Source: Methanocaldococcus indicus (GTDB lineage: Archaea; AGJL01; Methanococci; Methanococcales; Methanocaldococcaceae). Taken from it: 64,000 nucleotides of DNA. Below the pieces are notes generated by a model. The model was not told where the DNA came from, made no database searches, and saw nothing but the letters and a program-made list of their open reading frames with translations. Positions 11,297-20,840 of the stretch are shown here, piece by piece. Both the position numbers and the translations under genes were made by a program. Location of the stretch: positions 800,001-864,000 of the forward strand of contig NZ_CP186926.1 in NCBI RefSeq assembly GCF_049554935.1. Direction: 5' to 3'. Position 1 is the stretch's first letter. Every line of letters starts with the position of its first letter.

Positions 11297-11545
11297 ATGA
11301 TTTATGGAGTTTTATTAAACATTCCAGAAAAACATGCTACAAAGTATGAGGATTTAATTAGAAAAATTATTGGTGAAGGGATAGCAAGGGGAGACATTTT
11401 ATCCTTTTGTGAAGCAAGATATAAAGGAGATATTGCTTTTGTTATGTTGGCTAGGTCAAGAAGAGCAGCTGAAAGAGTTTATGAATACTTAAAAGAACAT
11501 CCAATTTATGTAAAAATAATAGAAATTGAAGGAAAAGGAGATTAA
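11297..11545 (+). CDS. Small hypothetical protein (possible ferredoxin-like alpha/beta fold)
   Basis: GGTGA SD upstream of ATG 11297; codon usage like neighbouring genes; no motif recognised. Confidence 0.7.
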   Translation: MIYGVLLNIPEKHATKYEDLIRKIIGEGIARGDILSFCEARYKGDIAFVMLARSRRAAERVYEYLKEHPIYVKIIEIEGKGD

Positions 11546-12885
11546 TATTTTTCTCTTATAGTTTTTATTACATTTTCTACAATTTGTGGAGCTAATCCTA
11601 TATAGCTGTTATAATCCATCAATCTCTCAATATCTTTCTCACTTAAATATTTCCTAATCTCTTCATTTTCTAATAAAACATCTTTTAAATGTCTATTCTC
11701 ATTATATGCTTTCATAGCTAAATCTCTAACTAATTTATAAGCTCTTTGTCTTCCAATTTTTTTAGCCAATTCTATCATAACTCTTTCAGCCATTATTAGT
11801 CCTTTTGTTAATTCTAAATTCTTTTTACAGTTCTCTTTATTTACTCTTAATTTTTTAATACCCTTTATTGACAAATTTAAGATATGGTCAGTTAATACAG
11901 AAACCTCTGCAAATATGCATCTTTCTGAGGATGAATTTGTTAAATCTCTCTCCTCCCAAAGAGGTATATTATCCATCTCAGCAATACATAAAGATTTTAT
12001 AACTCTTGATAATCCACAAATTTGTTCAAATGTTATAGGATTTCTTTTATGTGGCATTGTTGAAGAACCTACTTGTTTTTTATAGTCAAATTCTTCCTCT
12101 AACTCTCCAATCTCTGTCCTTTGCATATTTCTAACTGTTACACCTATCTTGTTTAATGTTTGAGCAATTAAAGCCATTAAATTTATAAATTCTGCATGTC
12201 TATCTCTTTGAATAACTTGGTTTGTTATTAAATCTGGTTTTAGATTTAAAATTTCTGCAACTTTTTTATGCACTTCTAAACCTTTCTCTCCCATAGCTGC
12301 ACAAGTTCCAACAGCCCCAGTCATCTTCGATACTAAAACTCTCTCCTTTAATTCTTTTAATCTATCTAAATGTCTGTCTATTTCTGCTGCCCAAAGAGCA
12401 AATCTCATACCATAAGTTGTAGGAATAGCATGCTGTCCATGAGTTCTTCCCACACATACAGTATATTTATGTTCCTCTGCTTTCTCTAATAAGACATTTA
12501 AAAGCTCTTTTAGTTTATTCTCTATTATATTTAGGGTTTCTTTAATTAATAAGGAGTTTGAAGTATCAACTATATCATTTGAAGTAGCTCCAAAATGCAC
12601 ATATTCCCCAGCTTCACCACAAACCTCTGCTAATGCCCTAACCATAGCCATAACATCATGTTTAATCTCTTTTTCTATCTCTTTAACTCTTTCCAAAGAG
12701 ACATACTTTACAGATGCCTTTTTATATATCTCCTCTGCATGTTCTTTTGGAATTATGCCAAGTTCCCCTTGGGCTTTTGCTAATGCACCTTCAACCTTTA
12801 ACATCTTATCTAACTTATTCTTTTCTTCCCAAATCTTTCTCATCTCTTCACTACCATACCTATAATCAATTGGATGAACTGCCAA
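11542..12885 (-). CDS. purB: Adenylosuccinate lyase
   Basis: HFGATSND, GRTHGQHA, GSSTMPHKRNP signature. Confidence 0.97.
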   Translation of the reverse strand: MAVHPIDYRYGSEEMRKIWEEKNKLDKMLKVEGALAKAQGELGIIPKEHAEEIYKKASVKYVSLERVKEIEKEIKHDVMAMVRALAEVCGEAGEYVHFGATSNDIVDTSNSLLIKETLNIIENKLKELLNVLLEKAEEHKYTVCVGRTHGQHAIPTTYGMRFALWAAEIDRHLDRLKELKERVLVSKMTGAVGTCAAMGEKGLEVHKKVAEILNLKPDLITNQVIQRDRHAEFINLMALIAQTLNKIGVTVRNMQRTEIGELEEEFDYKKQVGSSTMPHKRNPITFEQICGLSRVIKSLCIAEMDNIPLWEERDLTNSSSERCIFAEVSVLTDHILNLSIKGIKKLRVNKENCKKNLELTKGLIMAERVMIELAKKIGRQRAYKLVRDLAMKAYNENRHLKDVLLENEEIRKYLSEKDIERLMDYNSYIGLAPQIVENVIKTIREKY

Positions 12886-12908
12886 AATTTCACCTCTAAA
12901 TTAATTAA

Positions 12909-12980
12909 CGCCCCGGCCGGGATTTGAACCCGGGTCTTAGCATCCGCAGTGCCAAAGGATATCCACTACCCCACCGGGGC
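12909..12980 (-). tRNA. tRNA-Arg(GCG), CCA not encoded
   Basis: Cloverleaf; anticodon loop CT-GCG-GA; GGTTCAAATCC. Confidence 0.95.
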
Positions 12981-13015
12981 AAAACAAAAAAGTTAAAATT
13001 AATTAATTTTAATTT

Positions 13016-13720
13016 TTAACAAAGTTTTTTTAGCTCTCTTACAAGTTCTCTATCAATTTTTCCAGTGTTTCTGTCTCCTCCTTTACAAGCAGCTCCTCTA
13101 ACTCCAACTATATCAGTCCCAATATCTTTTAATATTGGGAAATGTTCTTTTTTAATACTTCCAGCTAATGCACATTTTAATCCATAACTATGTGCTTCTT
13201 CTACAAATTCAGCTAAAATTTCTTTATCTAAGAAGTCAAATAGTGTTTTACCATCTTTTATAGCAGTGTCAAGCATGGCTACATCTGCTCCTGCATCTCT
13301 TGCAATTTTTGGAATTATTAATGGTTCAACTGCATTAACTCTATATGCATCTGCATATCCAGCAGCAACAACAATCTTATTATCATCATAATCTTTAACT
13401 GCCTTAACTACATTTTTCATAATGTCCAAAGCTTGATAGTAGTTTTTAGCTCCATACAATCCAACTTTTATATAATCTGCTCCTGCAATACAAGCTCCTA
13501 AAGCTGCTAATGACACAGTTCCTGGTTTGTATGGAACATCTCCAACAGTTGCACTAACTAACAACTCTTTTGGAGTAACCTCTCTAATCTCTCTTATCAC
13601 CCAAGGAAAATTCGCACCTAATGAGCCTTCTTTTGGATTTTTAACATCTATTATATCAGCCCCTCCTTCTATTGCTTCTATTGCCTCTTCTTTATTAATT
13701 GGACTTACTAATAATAGCAT
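13016..13720 (-). CDS. mfnB: (5-formylfuran-3-yl)methyl phosphate synthase (methanofuran biosynthesis)
   Basis: [37 protein letters not shown]. Confidence 0.93.
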   Translation of the reverse strand: MLLLVSPINKEEAIEAIEGGADIIDVKNPKEGSLGANFPWVIREIREVTPKELLVSATVGDVPYKPGTVSLAALGACIAGADYIKVGLYGAKNYYQALDIMKNVVKAVKDYDDNKIVVAAGYADAYRVNAVEPLIIPKIARDAGADVAMLDTAIKDGKTLFDFLDKEILAEFVEEAHSYGLKCALAGSIKKEHFPILKDIGTDIVGVRGAACKGGDRNTGKIDRELVRELKKLC

Positions 13721-13788
13721 ACAACCACCTAATACATATTTAACTTAAAATTATTCTATTATACTATTTATAACTTTGATGGTGATAA

Positions 13789-15114
13789 ATGATGAAACTT
13801 TTTGGAACATCTGGAATAAGGATGAAGAACTTACATCCTAAGATAGCTTATAAAGTAGGTTTAGTTTTAGGTGAGAAATATAGAAATATATTAATTGGGA
13901 GAGACACAAGAACAACAGGGAAGATGTTGGAAAGCTCCTTAATCTCTGGAATTTTGCAAAGTGGAGGTAATGCTATTCTTTCTAATATAGTCCCTACACC
14001 TGTTTTAGGTTTTAATGCTAAGTATTATGATGTTGGAGTTATGATAACAGCATCACATAATCCTGGAGAATACAATGGAATAAAAATTTTTAAGAAAGAT
14101 GGAATTTCTCTAAATAAAAAAGAAGAGGAAGAAATTGAAAATAATATAAATAAAGAATTTGAAGTAAATTGGAAGATTGTAGGGAAATGTTATAATGACA
14201 ATCAGACAATAAAAAGGTATAAAGAATTTATTTTAAATAAGGTGGAAATAGAAAAAGAGCATAATATTTTAGTTGATTGTGGAAATGGAGCTGGAAGTTT
14301 AGTATCTCCTTATCTATTGAAAGATGTTGGTTGTAATTTAATATCAATAAATAGCCATATTGATGGAAGATTTTCAAGAGTTCCAGAGCCAAGTGAAGAA
14401 CATTTAAAAGAAACTATGGAAATAGCCAAGGCATTGAATAGGTTGTGTATTGTTCATGATGGAGATGCTGATAGAGTAGGAGTTATAGATGAAAAAGGAA
14501 GATTTTCAGATTTTGACAAGTTAATGGCTATTTTTTGTAAATTTTTAGTTGAAAAATATAACATAAAAAAGATAGTTACTACTGTTGATAGTTCAATAAT
14601 CTTAGATAATATTTTAAAGGATTATAATGTAGAAATATACAGAACAAAAGTTGGAGATGTTTATGTCTCTGAGGAAATGATTAAAAGAAATGCCAAATTT
14701 GGTTGTGAGCCAAGTGGCACATGGATTCATGGAGATATACATCTTACTCCAGATGGAATTTTAAGTGGATTAAGAATTTTAGAGATGTTGGAATTTTATA
14801 ACTCTCCACTATACAAATTGTTAGATAGTGTTAAGAGCTATATTAACATAAGAGAAAAAATTTACTGCAAGAATGAATTAAAAGATAAAGTTATGAATTA
14901 TATAATTGAAAATGGAGAAAAAGTTTTTAAAACTAAGCCAGAAATTGTAGATGGTGCAAGATTTAATTTAGATGATGGTTGGATTTTAATAAGACCATCT
15001 GGGACAGAAGAGTATATTAGAATTAGAGTAGAAGCAAAAACAAAAGAATTAGCTAAGAGTTTATTAGATAAAGGAATTAAGTTAGTTAAAGAGGCCATAC
15101 AAACTTTTGAATAA
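13789..15114 (+). CDS. glmM: Phosphoglucosamine mutase / phosphohexomutase
   Basis: LFGTSGIR, TASHNP, DGDADR, RPSGTE. Confidence 0.88.
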   Translation: MMKLFGTSGIRMKNLHPKIAYKVGLVLGEKYRNILIGRDTRTTGKMLESSLISGILQSGGNAILSNIVPTPVLGFNAKYYDVGVMITASHNPGEYNGIKIFKKDGISLNKKEEEEIENNINKEFEVNWKIVGKCYNDNQTIKRYKEFILNKVEIEKEHNILVDCGNGAGSLVSPYLLKDVGCNLISINSHIDGRFSRVPEPSEEHLKETMEIAKALNRLCIVHDGDADRVGVIDEKGRFSDFDKLMAIFCKFLVEKYNIKKIVTTVDSSIILDNILKDYNVEIYRTKVGDVYVSEEMIKRNAKFGCEPSGTWIHGDIHLTPDGILSGLRILEMLEFYNSPLYKLLDSVKSYINIREKIYCKNELKDKVMNYIIENGEKVFKTKPEIVDGARFNLDDGWILIRPSGTEEYIRIRVEAKTKELAKSLLDKGIKLVKEAIQTFE

Positions 15115-15149
15115 ATAATATTACTTTTTTTAATTAGTGTTATTAGTTA

Positions 15150-15210
15150 GTATTAAATACAAACATTTTTATATTACTTTTAGTATTAACTTATGAAAAA
15201 TTTTTAATAC
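15150..15210. promoter_or_regulatory. Two tandem NikR-type operators overlapping the ABC transporter promoter
   Basis: GTATTA-N16-TATTAC (15150-15177) and perfect GTATTA-N16-TAATAC (15183-15210); TATA-like TTTATATT at ~15168. Confidence 0.72.
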
Positions 15211-15223
15211 AAAAGGTGATAAA

Positions 15224-16384
15224 TTGAGAAAGTATGTATTAATATTTATGATAATTGGATTAATAATTCCCATTATAAGTTTAGCAGGATGTACTCAACA
15301 ACAAGAGAGTGTAACACAAGAATCTCAAAATATAGTAACAACAACTAACAATAATGTTGCTGATGAATATAAGACAATAAAAGACATGTGGGGTAGAGAT
15401 GTAAAAATAAAGAAGAATATTAATAGAGTTGCTTTACTTGATTTTACTGGAACATATATTAAAGTTATGAAAATCTGGGGAATTGATGATAAGGTTGTAG
15501 CTGTTGACCATTCTCAAATGAAGAATCCATTTTTAAAGGTTATATGTCCAAGATTAGAAACAGATATTGTTGATGTTGGTAATTCAAGAGAACCTAATTA
15601 TGAAACATTAGCTGCAACAAAACCTGATGTTGTTATTGTAAGAGCATTTGTAACAAACAAAAACAGAGAAGAAGCATACAAAAAACTTGTTGAAAAATTA
15701 AATAGCTTAGGAATTCCAGTAGTTATTTTGTTACATCCTACATCATATGAACAACCAAATGTTAAAACTATGTGGGAAGAAATAAGAATCTTAGGAGAAA
15801 TATTTGATAAAAAAGATGAAGCTAATAACTTAATTAGTTATCTAAATGGATATGTTGTATTAATTAAAAATAGAACAAAAGATATTCCAGAAAATGAAAG
15901 AGTAAGAACTTTATTATTTGCTACTCCTGACTATATGCTTGGAAAAAGAACAATTCAATCATACTTCTTAGAGGATATAGTTGGAGGTAAGAATGTTGTT
16001 GAAGAAGGTTCATGGTTAAAAACATCTCCAGAAGATATAATTAAATTAAATCCTGATGCATTAATTATATTAGGACATGCTGGTTATTTACCTCCTGAAT
16101 ATGTATATGAAGGAAAAGATTTTGGAATAAACTGGAAACTTGTTCAAAGTATAAATGCAATTAAAAACAAAAAAGTTGGTAGTTTAGGTATAACTGAATG
16201 GAGAGCTACAATAGAGTTTCCAATAGGATTGTTAAGAGAAGCTAAAACATTGTATCCAGACAGATTTGAAGATATTGACCCAGATAAAGAAGAAATTAAA
16301 TTATACAGAGATATCTACCACTTAAATGACAAACAAATTGAAGAAGCTATTAAAGCTCAAAGAACTATGTTAAATCCACATTAA
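15224..16384 (+). CDS. ABC transporter substrate-binding lipoprotein, FhuD/BtuF (metal-chelate) type
   Basis: Lipobox SLAGC, IKDMWGRDV, PNYETLAATKPDVVI, EDIIKLNPD. Confidence 0.88.
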   Translation: MRKYVLIFMIIGLIIPIISLAGCTQQQESVTQESQNIVTTTNNNVADEYKTIKDMWGRDVKIKKNINRVALLDFTGTYIKVMKIWGIDDKVVAVDHSQMKNPFLKVICPRLETDIVDVGNSREPNYETLAATKPDVVIVRAFVTNKNREEAYKKLVEKLNSLGIPVVILLHPTSYEQPNVKTMWEEIRILGEIFDKKDEANNLISYLNGYVVLIKNRTKDIPENERVRTLLFATPDYMLGKRTIQSYFLEDIVGGKNVVEEGSWLKTSPEDIIKLNPDALIILGHAGYLPPEYVYEGKDFGINWKLVQSINAIKNKKVGSLGITEWRATIEFPIGLLREAKTLYPDRFEDIDPDKEEIKLYRDIYHLNDKQIEEAIKAQRTMLNPH

Positions 16385-16427
16385 CTCCTTATTTTTACCA
16401 TCATTATTTTTTATAAGGTGATTTATA

Positions 16428-17408
16428 ATGAGAAAGCTATTTTTAATATGCTTTTCATTTATTTTAACAGTATTTTTAGGATTTATATGTCTTTGTATTG
16501 GTAAGTACTACATTCCAATTAATGAAATAATAACATTAAATTTATCAAAAGAAATTTATAAAACCATAATTTTTGATATTAGATTACCAAGAATTATTAT
16601 GGCTATTTTAGTTGGGGCAGCTTTAGCTGTTTCTGGTGCTACATATCAAGGAGTGTTTAGGAATCCATTAGTAAGTCCATATATTTTAGGAGTTTCTTCT
16701 GGGGCAGCTTTTGGAGCTGCTTTATCTATTATATTTCCAGAATTCCCTTTATCCTTACAACTTTCAGCTTTTGTATTTGGATTATTAACAGTGTATTTAG
16801 CATACAGTTTAGCAAGAGTTAGAGGGAGAGTTCCATTAGTTACTTTATTATTAGCAGGAGTTATATTGGGGTCATTTTTTAGTGCTATGGTTGCTATTTT
16901 CCAATATATTGCTACTGAAGCCCAGCTAAAAGCTATTGTTTTCTGGCTTATGGGTGGATTGTATTCTGCTTCTTGGGATGATGTAAAAACTACTGGAATC
17001 TTAATCCCAATAGGAATTATCTTACTACAAATATATTCCTGGAAACTAAATGTTTTATCTTTAGGAGATGATGAAGCAAGAGCTTTGGGAATAAACACTG
17101 AAAGATTAAAAATCTTATTAATTACATTAGCTACTTTTATAACTTCATTGGCTGTATCTGTCACTGGGATTATTGGTTGGGTAGGTTTAATGATGCCACA
17201 TGCTGCGAGGTTAATTATTGGTCCAGACCATAGGTATTTATTACCACTATCTGCAAGCTTTGGAGCTATATTTCTATTAATTTGTGATACAATAGCAAGA
17301 ACTATAACAACTGGTGAGGTACCATTAGGAATTGTCACATCTTTATTAGGTGCTCCATATTTGATTTATCTAATTAGAAATAAGAAGAATTTATTCTTTG
17401 GTGATTAA
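16428..17408 (+). CDS. ABC transporter permease, FecCD/BtuC family
   Basis: RLPR, FRNPLVSPYILGVSSGA, EARALG, GIIGWVGL..PH. Confidence 0.93.
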   Translation: MRKLFLICFSFILTVFLGFICLCIGKYYIPINEIITLNLSKEIYKTIIFDIRLPRIIMAILVGAALAVSGATYQGVFRNPLVSPYILGVSSGAAFGAALSIIFPEFPLSLQLSAFVFGLLTVYLAYSLARVRGRVPLVTLLLAGVILGSFFSAMVAIFQYIATEAQLKAIVFWLMGGLYSASWDDVKTTGILIPIGIILLQIYSWKLNVLSLGDDEARALGINTERLKILLITLATFITSLAVSVTGIIGWVGLMMPHAARLIIGPDHRYLLPLSASFGAIFLLICDTIARTITTGEVPLGIVTSLLGAPYLIYLIRNKKNLFFGD

Positions 17409-18170
17409 ATGCTCACAATTAAAAATCTTTCAGCAGGTTATGGAAACACTAAGATTATAGAAAATATATCATTTTCTGTTAAAGAGGGTGAAATTTGTGG
17501 GATATTTGGTCCTAATGGTGCTGGAAAATCTACACTATTAAAATGTATTGTGGGATTCATAAATCCTATTAGTGGGGATATATTAGTCAATAATGAAAGT
17601 ATCTTAAAGTATCCTCCTGAGAAAAAAGCTAAAATAATATCTTATGTCCCACAAGAGCATAAACCTCCTTTTCCATATTTAGCTAAAGAAGTAGTTTTAA
17701 TGGGAAGAACACCACATATAAGTTCAATATTTGGTCCTAAAAAGGAAGATATGATAAAGGCTTTAAATGCTATGAAAACTCTAAATATTGAACATCTATC
17801 AGATAAACCATACACTGATTTAAGTGGAGGACAAAGACAGTTAGTATTATTGGCAAGGGCATTAGCTCAAGAAACTAAAATTATGGTGTTAGATGAACCA
17901 ACATCTGCTTTAGATTTTAAAAATCAAATATTAATATTTAATATTCTAAAAAAATTGAGTAAAAAAGGATATACTATATTAGTATGTGTCCATGACCCAA
18001 ACTATATTTTATGGTTTTGTGACAAAGTAGCCGTTATTAACAATGGTAAATTATTAGATTTTGGAAATCCTAAAAAAGTTCTTAATAAGGATATTTTAAA
18101 AAGATTGTATGGTAATTTATGCAAAATAGAAAATAATATAGTTGTCCCAAATTTAAAAATAATTAATTAA
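17409..18170 (+). CDS. ABC transporter ATPase, FepC/BtuD family
   Basis: GPNGAGKST, LSGGQRQ, LDEPTSALD. Confidence 0.93.
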   Translation: MLTIKNLSAGYGNTKIIENISFSVKEGEICGIFGPNGAGKSTLLKCIVGFINPISGDILVNNESILKYPPEKKAKIISYVPQEHKPPFPYLAKEVVLMGRTPHISSIFGPKKEDMIKALNAMKTLNIEHLSDKPYTDLSGGQRQLVLLARALAQETKIMVLDEPTSALDFKNQILIFNILKKLSKKGYTILVCVHDPNYILWFCDKVAVINNGKLLDFGNPKKVLNKDILKRLYGNLCKIENNIVVPNLKIIN

Positions 18171-19423
18171 GGTTTTTTAATCCATTGAACTTTTCCAGTT
18201 TCAGAGTTCCAGATACCAACTAACTTCCAACCATCTTTTGTAACAGCAAATATTCCATAATTACCAGAAGCTCTATCATTCCATATATTTAATTTTATAT
18301 ATCCTGTTACTGGTTTAACACCAAACTCTCCTTTTGAGTACTTTTCAGTATTCTCTTTTATTAATTTTGCTAATAAATCAGCGTCATATTTTCCTTTTGT
18401 CTCATTTAACATCTCTGCATATGACAATGATAATACCCACGCCGCATCACAAGCAACTAATGGATAAACTTTAACTTTTCCTTTAAATCCTTTTTTATGA
18501 TACTCATCAATTAGTTTCTTAGCTTCATCTGTTTCAGAGTAGAATATTGTTGAATACAAACCAACTTTTATAGCATTTTCTCCTGCATTTAATACTTTGT
18601 TACTAAATGCTGTTCCATCTGAACCAAACCATTTGTAATTTAAAACTGGTGAATCTTTTGGAATTTGAGATAATAAAGTTCCTACTTCATCAAATCCAAT
18701 AACTAAAACTGCTGTATCTTTATTACTTTTTCCATTTAAAGCTGATTGAATTTTTTGAATGTAAGGACTCCAATCTGTTGGTGATGGAGTAGATGGGTAT
18801 GGAATAGTTGTTATTACATTTAATCCTAATTTATTTGCATTAGCTATTACTGCAGATGATAAACCCTTACCCCATGCATCATCTCTATATATTATAACAA
18901 TATTCTTTATGCCATCATCTTTTAATACTGATGCTATTGCTTTTCCTTGGAATTCATCAGTTGGGACAAATCTAAATATATATTTTTTTTGTTCAGGAGT
19001 TTCAAATCCTAATATTTTTGGTGGAGCAGTTGAAGACTGAGAAATGACAATTAATTTATTTGAATTTACATAATCTTTTATATTTTTTAACTCACTACTT
19101 GATGTAGGGCCAATAAATGCATTTATTCCCATAGCATGTAAAGCCTGAACTTTGTCTAAACATATTTTTGGATTACATTGTGTATCTGTATAAAAGAACT
19201 TCACAGTGTAAGGGATGTTATGTTCTTTAAAGTAGTTGTTTATATTCTCTTCTTCAATACTCAATATTTCCTTTGTTTGTTGTCCTTCTGATGCTAAATC
19301 TCCAGATAAATCTAATAAAACCCCAATTTTTATCTCATTATTTTTATTACTTTGTTGAGTGCATCCTGCTAAAAAACTTCCTATTAAGATTGGAACTAAC
19401 AAAAGTATTAGCCACTTTCTCAT
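18167..19423 (-). CDS. LivJ/LivK-type amino acid-binding lipoprotein (no cognate transporter adjacent)
   Basis: Lipobox FLAGC, IKIGVLLDLSG, IGPTSS, FRFVPTDEFQG, YRDDAWGKG. Confidence 0.87.
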   Translation of the reverse strand: MRKWLILLLVPILIGSFLAGCTQQSNKNNEIKIGVLLDLSGDLASEGQQTKEILSIEEENINNYFKEHNIPYTVKFFYTDTQCNPKICLDKVQALHAMGINAFIGPTSSSELKNIKDYVNSNKLIVISQSSTAPPKILGFETPEQKKYIFRFVPTDEFQGKAIASVLKDDGIKNIVIIYRDDAWGKGLSSAVIANANKLGLNVITTIPYPSTPSPTDWSPYIQKIQSALNGKSNKDTAVLVIGFDEVGTLLSQIPKDSPVLNYKWFGSDGTAFSNKVLNAGENAIKVGLYSTIFYSETDEAKKLIDEYHKKGFKGKVKVYPLVACDAAWVLSLSYAEMLNETKGKYDADLLAKLIKENTEKYSKGEFGVKPVTGYIKLNIWNDRASGNYGIFAVTKDGWKLVGIWNSETGKVQWIKKP

Positions 19424-19445
19424 TTTCTCACCTTATTTTTAGATA

Positions 19446-19459
19446 GGAAATGAATTTCC
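19446..19459. promoter_or_regulatory. NrpR-type nitrogen operator GGAA-N6-TTCC
   Basis: TAGGAAATGAATTTCCTA palindrome 23-36 bp upstream of ATG 19423; second one-mismatch site TGAA-N6-TTCC at 19509-19522. Confidence 0.72.
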
Positions 19460-19539
19460 TAGTAATATTTATAATGATAAAATATAAAAATATTTTGTTT
19501 ATATTAATTGAATAAAATTTCCTATTTTGTGAGGATAGT

Positions 19540-20184
19540 ATGAAATGTGAAATTTGTGGAAAAGAAGCAAAATACTGTGTTTATGGAGTTTATATTTGTG
19601 AGAACAACAAATGTTTAGAAGAAGCTAAAAAATTGTCTTATGCAAGACATAAAAATAGAGTTGTAGCTGTTGGTTCAAAAAATCCTGTAAAAGTGGAAGG
19701 AACAAAAGAAGCTTTTGAGAAAGTTTTAGGATACTATGAGGTTGTTGGAGTTGAGGTAGATAGCTCTGTGTCTCCTCATCCAATAGGTTTAGAGGAAACT
19801 TATTTAGGAGCTTTAAATAGAGCAAAAAATGCATTTGAAAAAATTGACTGTTGTTATTCAGTTGGTATTGAGGCTGGGATGATAAAGATAGGAAATCATT
19901 ATTTAGATGTGCATATAGCTGTTGTATATGATGGAGTTAAGGAAACTGTTGGAATTTCTCAAGGTTTTGAGTATCCAATGATAGCAGTTAACAGAATTTT
20001 AAATGGTGAAGAAGGATGTAAAATAGCTGAAGAAATTTCTGGAATTAAAGATATAGGTAAAAAAGTTGGTTTTATAGGATATCTAACAGATAACAATATA
20101 ACAAGAAAAGATTTAATTAGAGAGAGTGTGATAATGGCATTAATTCCAAGAATGAAAAAGAATCTAATCCTATTCCAAATTTAA
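19540..20184 (+). CDS. Inosine/xanthosine triphosphatase (YjjX/DUF84) with an N-terminal Cys-rich domain
   Basis: VGSKNPVK, ETYLGALNRA, VGIEAG, IGYLT..ITR. Confidence 0.88.
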   Translation: MKCEICGKEAKYCVYGVYICENNKCLEEAKKLSYARHKNRVVAVGSKNPVKVEGTKEAFEKVLGYYEVVGVEVDSSVSPHPIGLEETYLGALNRAKNAFEKIDCCYSVGIEAGMIKIGNHYLDVHIAVVYDGVKETVGISQGFEYPMIAVNRILNGEEGCKIAEEISGIKDIGKKVGFIGYLTDNNITRKDLIRESVIMALIPRMKKNLILFQI

Positions 20185-20840
20185 TATGTGTATCCTGCAG
20201 GAATTACATGGACATTGTCAAAATAACAACCTTTTCCACCAAACCCTATTCCACCATATAATATAGGATGAGTATCATTATACTCTAAATACTTCTGTCC
20301 TTGAACTTTTAGAATTATTTTACCTTTATTTGCAATTATTGTATATCTTAAAAACATTGGCCCTAAAGTAGTTGCAGCAGTTAAAGATTGAGCTAATTTT
20401 TCAACTTTTGTATGGTTAAACTTATATAGTACATATCCATTTATATTTGGATTTATTAGTATATAGTATCCAACAGTTGCATTGTCTTGTAACCTAAAGT
20501 AAATTCTTGCTTTATCCATATCTTTTGGAACTAAAACATCAATTGAATATACAAAGTCAGTATAATTTATATCTAAATACATAATGCCATCTTTTACACA
20601 TTGAACAACTTTGTTATTTCCTGGATTTTGATTAGCTCCACCAACTCCTAAATTTAAAGCAGGTGGGAGAGTAATTATAAAAGTTCCATTTTTTACTTTC
20701 CATTCTCCAAAAGGTGCTGTTTGTCCTAACTGATATTCTGAAAAATCATCATAAAATTCTCCAACACCTTTTTTAAAACAACCTGATAATGTAGTTCCTA
20801 AAAGAATAATAACTATTGAGAATATTAACAATTTTTTCAT
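20181..20840 (-). CDS. Lipoprotein with a concanavalin A-like beta-sandwich (DUF1080-like) domain
   Basis: Lipobox LSGC; FYDDFS...GEWKVKNG...GGIGF...FDNVHV pattern. Confidence 0.7.
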   Translation of the reverse strand: MKKLLIFSIVIILLGTTLSGCFKKGVGEFYDDFSEYQLGQTAPFGEWKVKNGTFIITLPPALNLGVGGANQNPGNNKVVQCVKDGIMYLDINYTDFVYSIDVLVPKDMDKARIYFRLQDNATVGYYILINPNINGYVLYKFNHTKVEKLAQSLTAATTLGPMFLRYTIIANKGKIILKVQGQKYLEYNDTHPILYGGIGFGGKGCYFDNVHVIPAGYTY

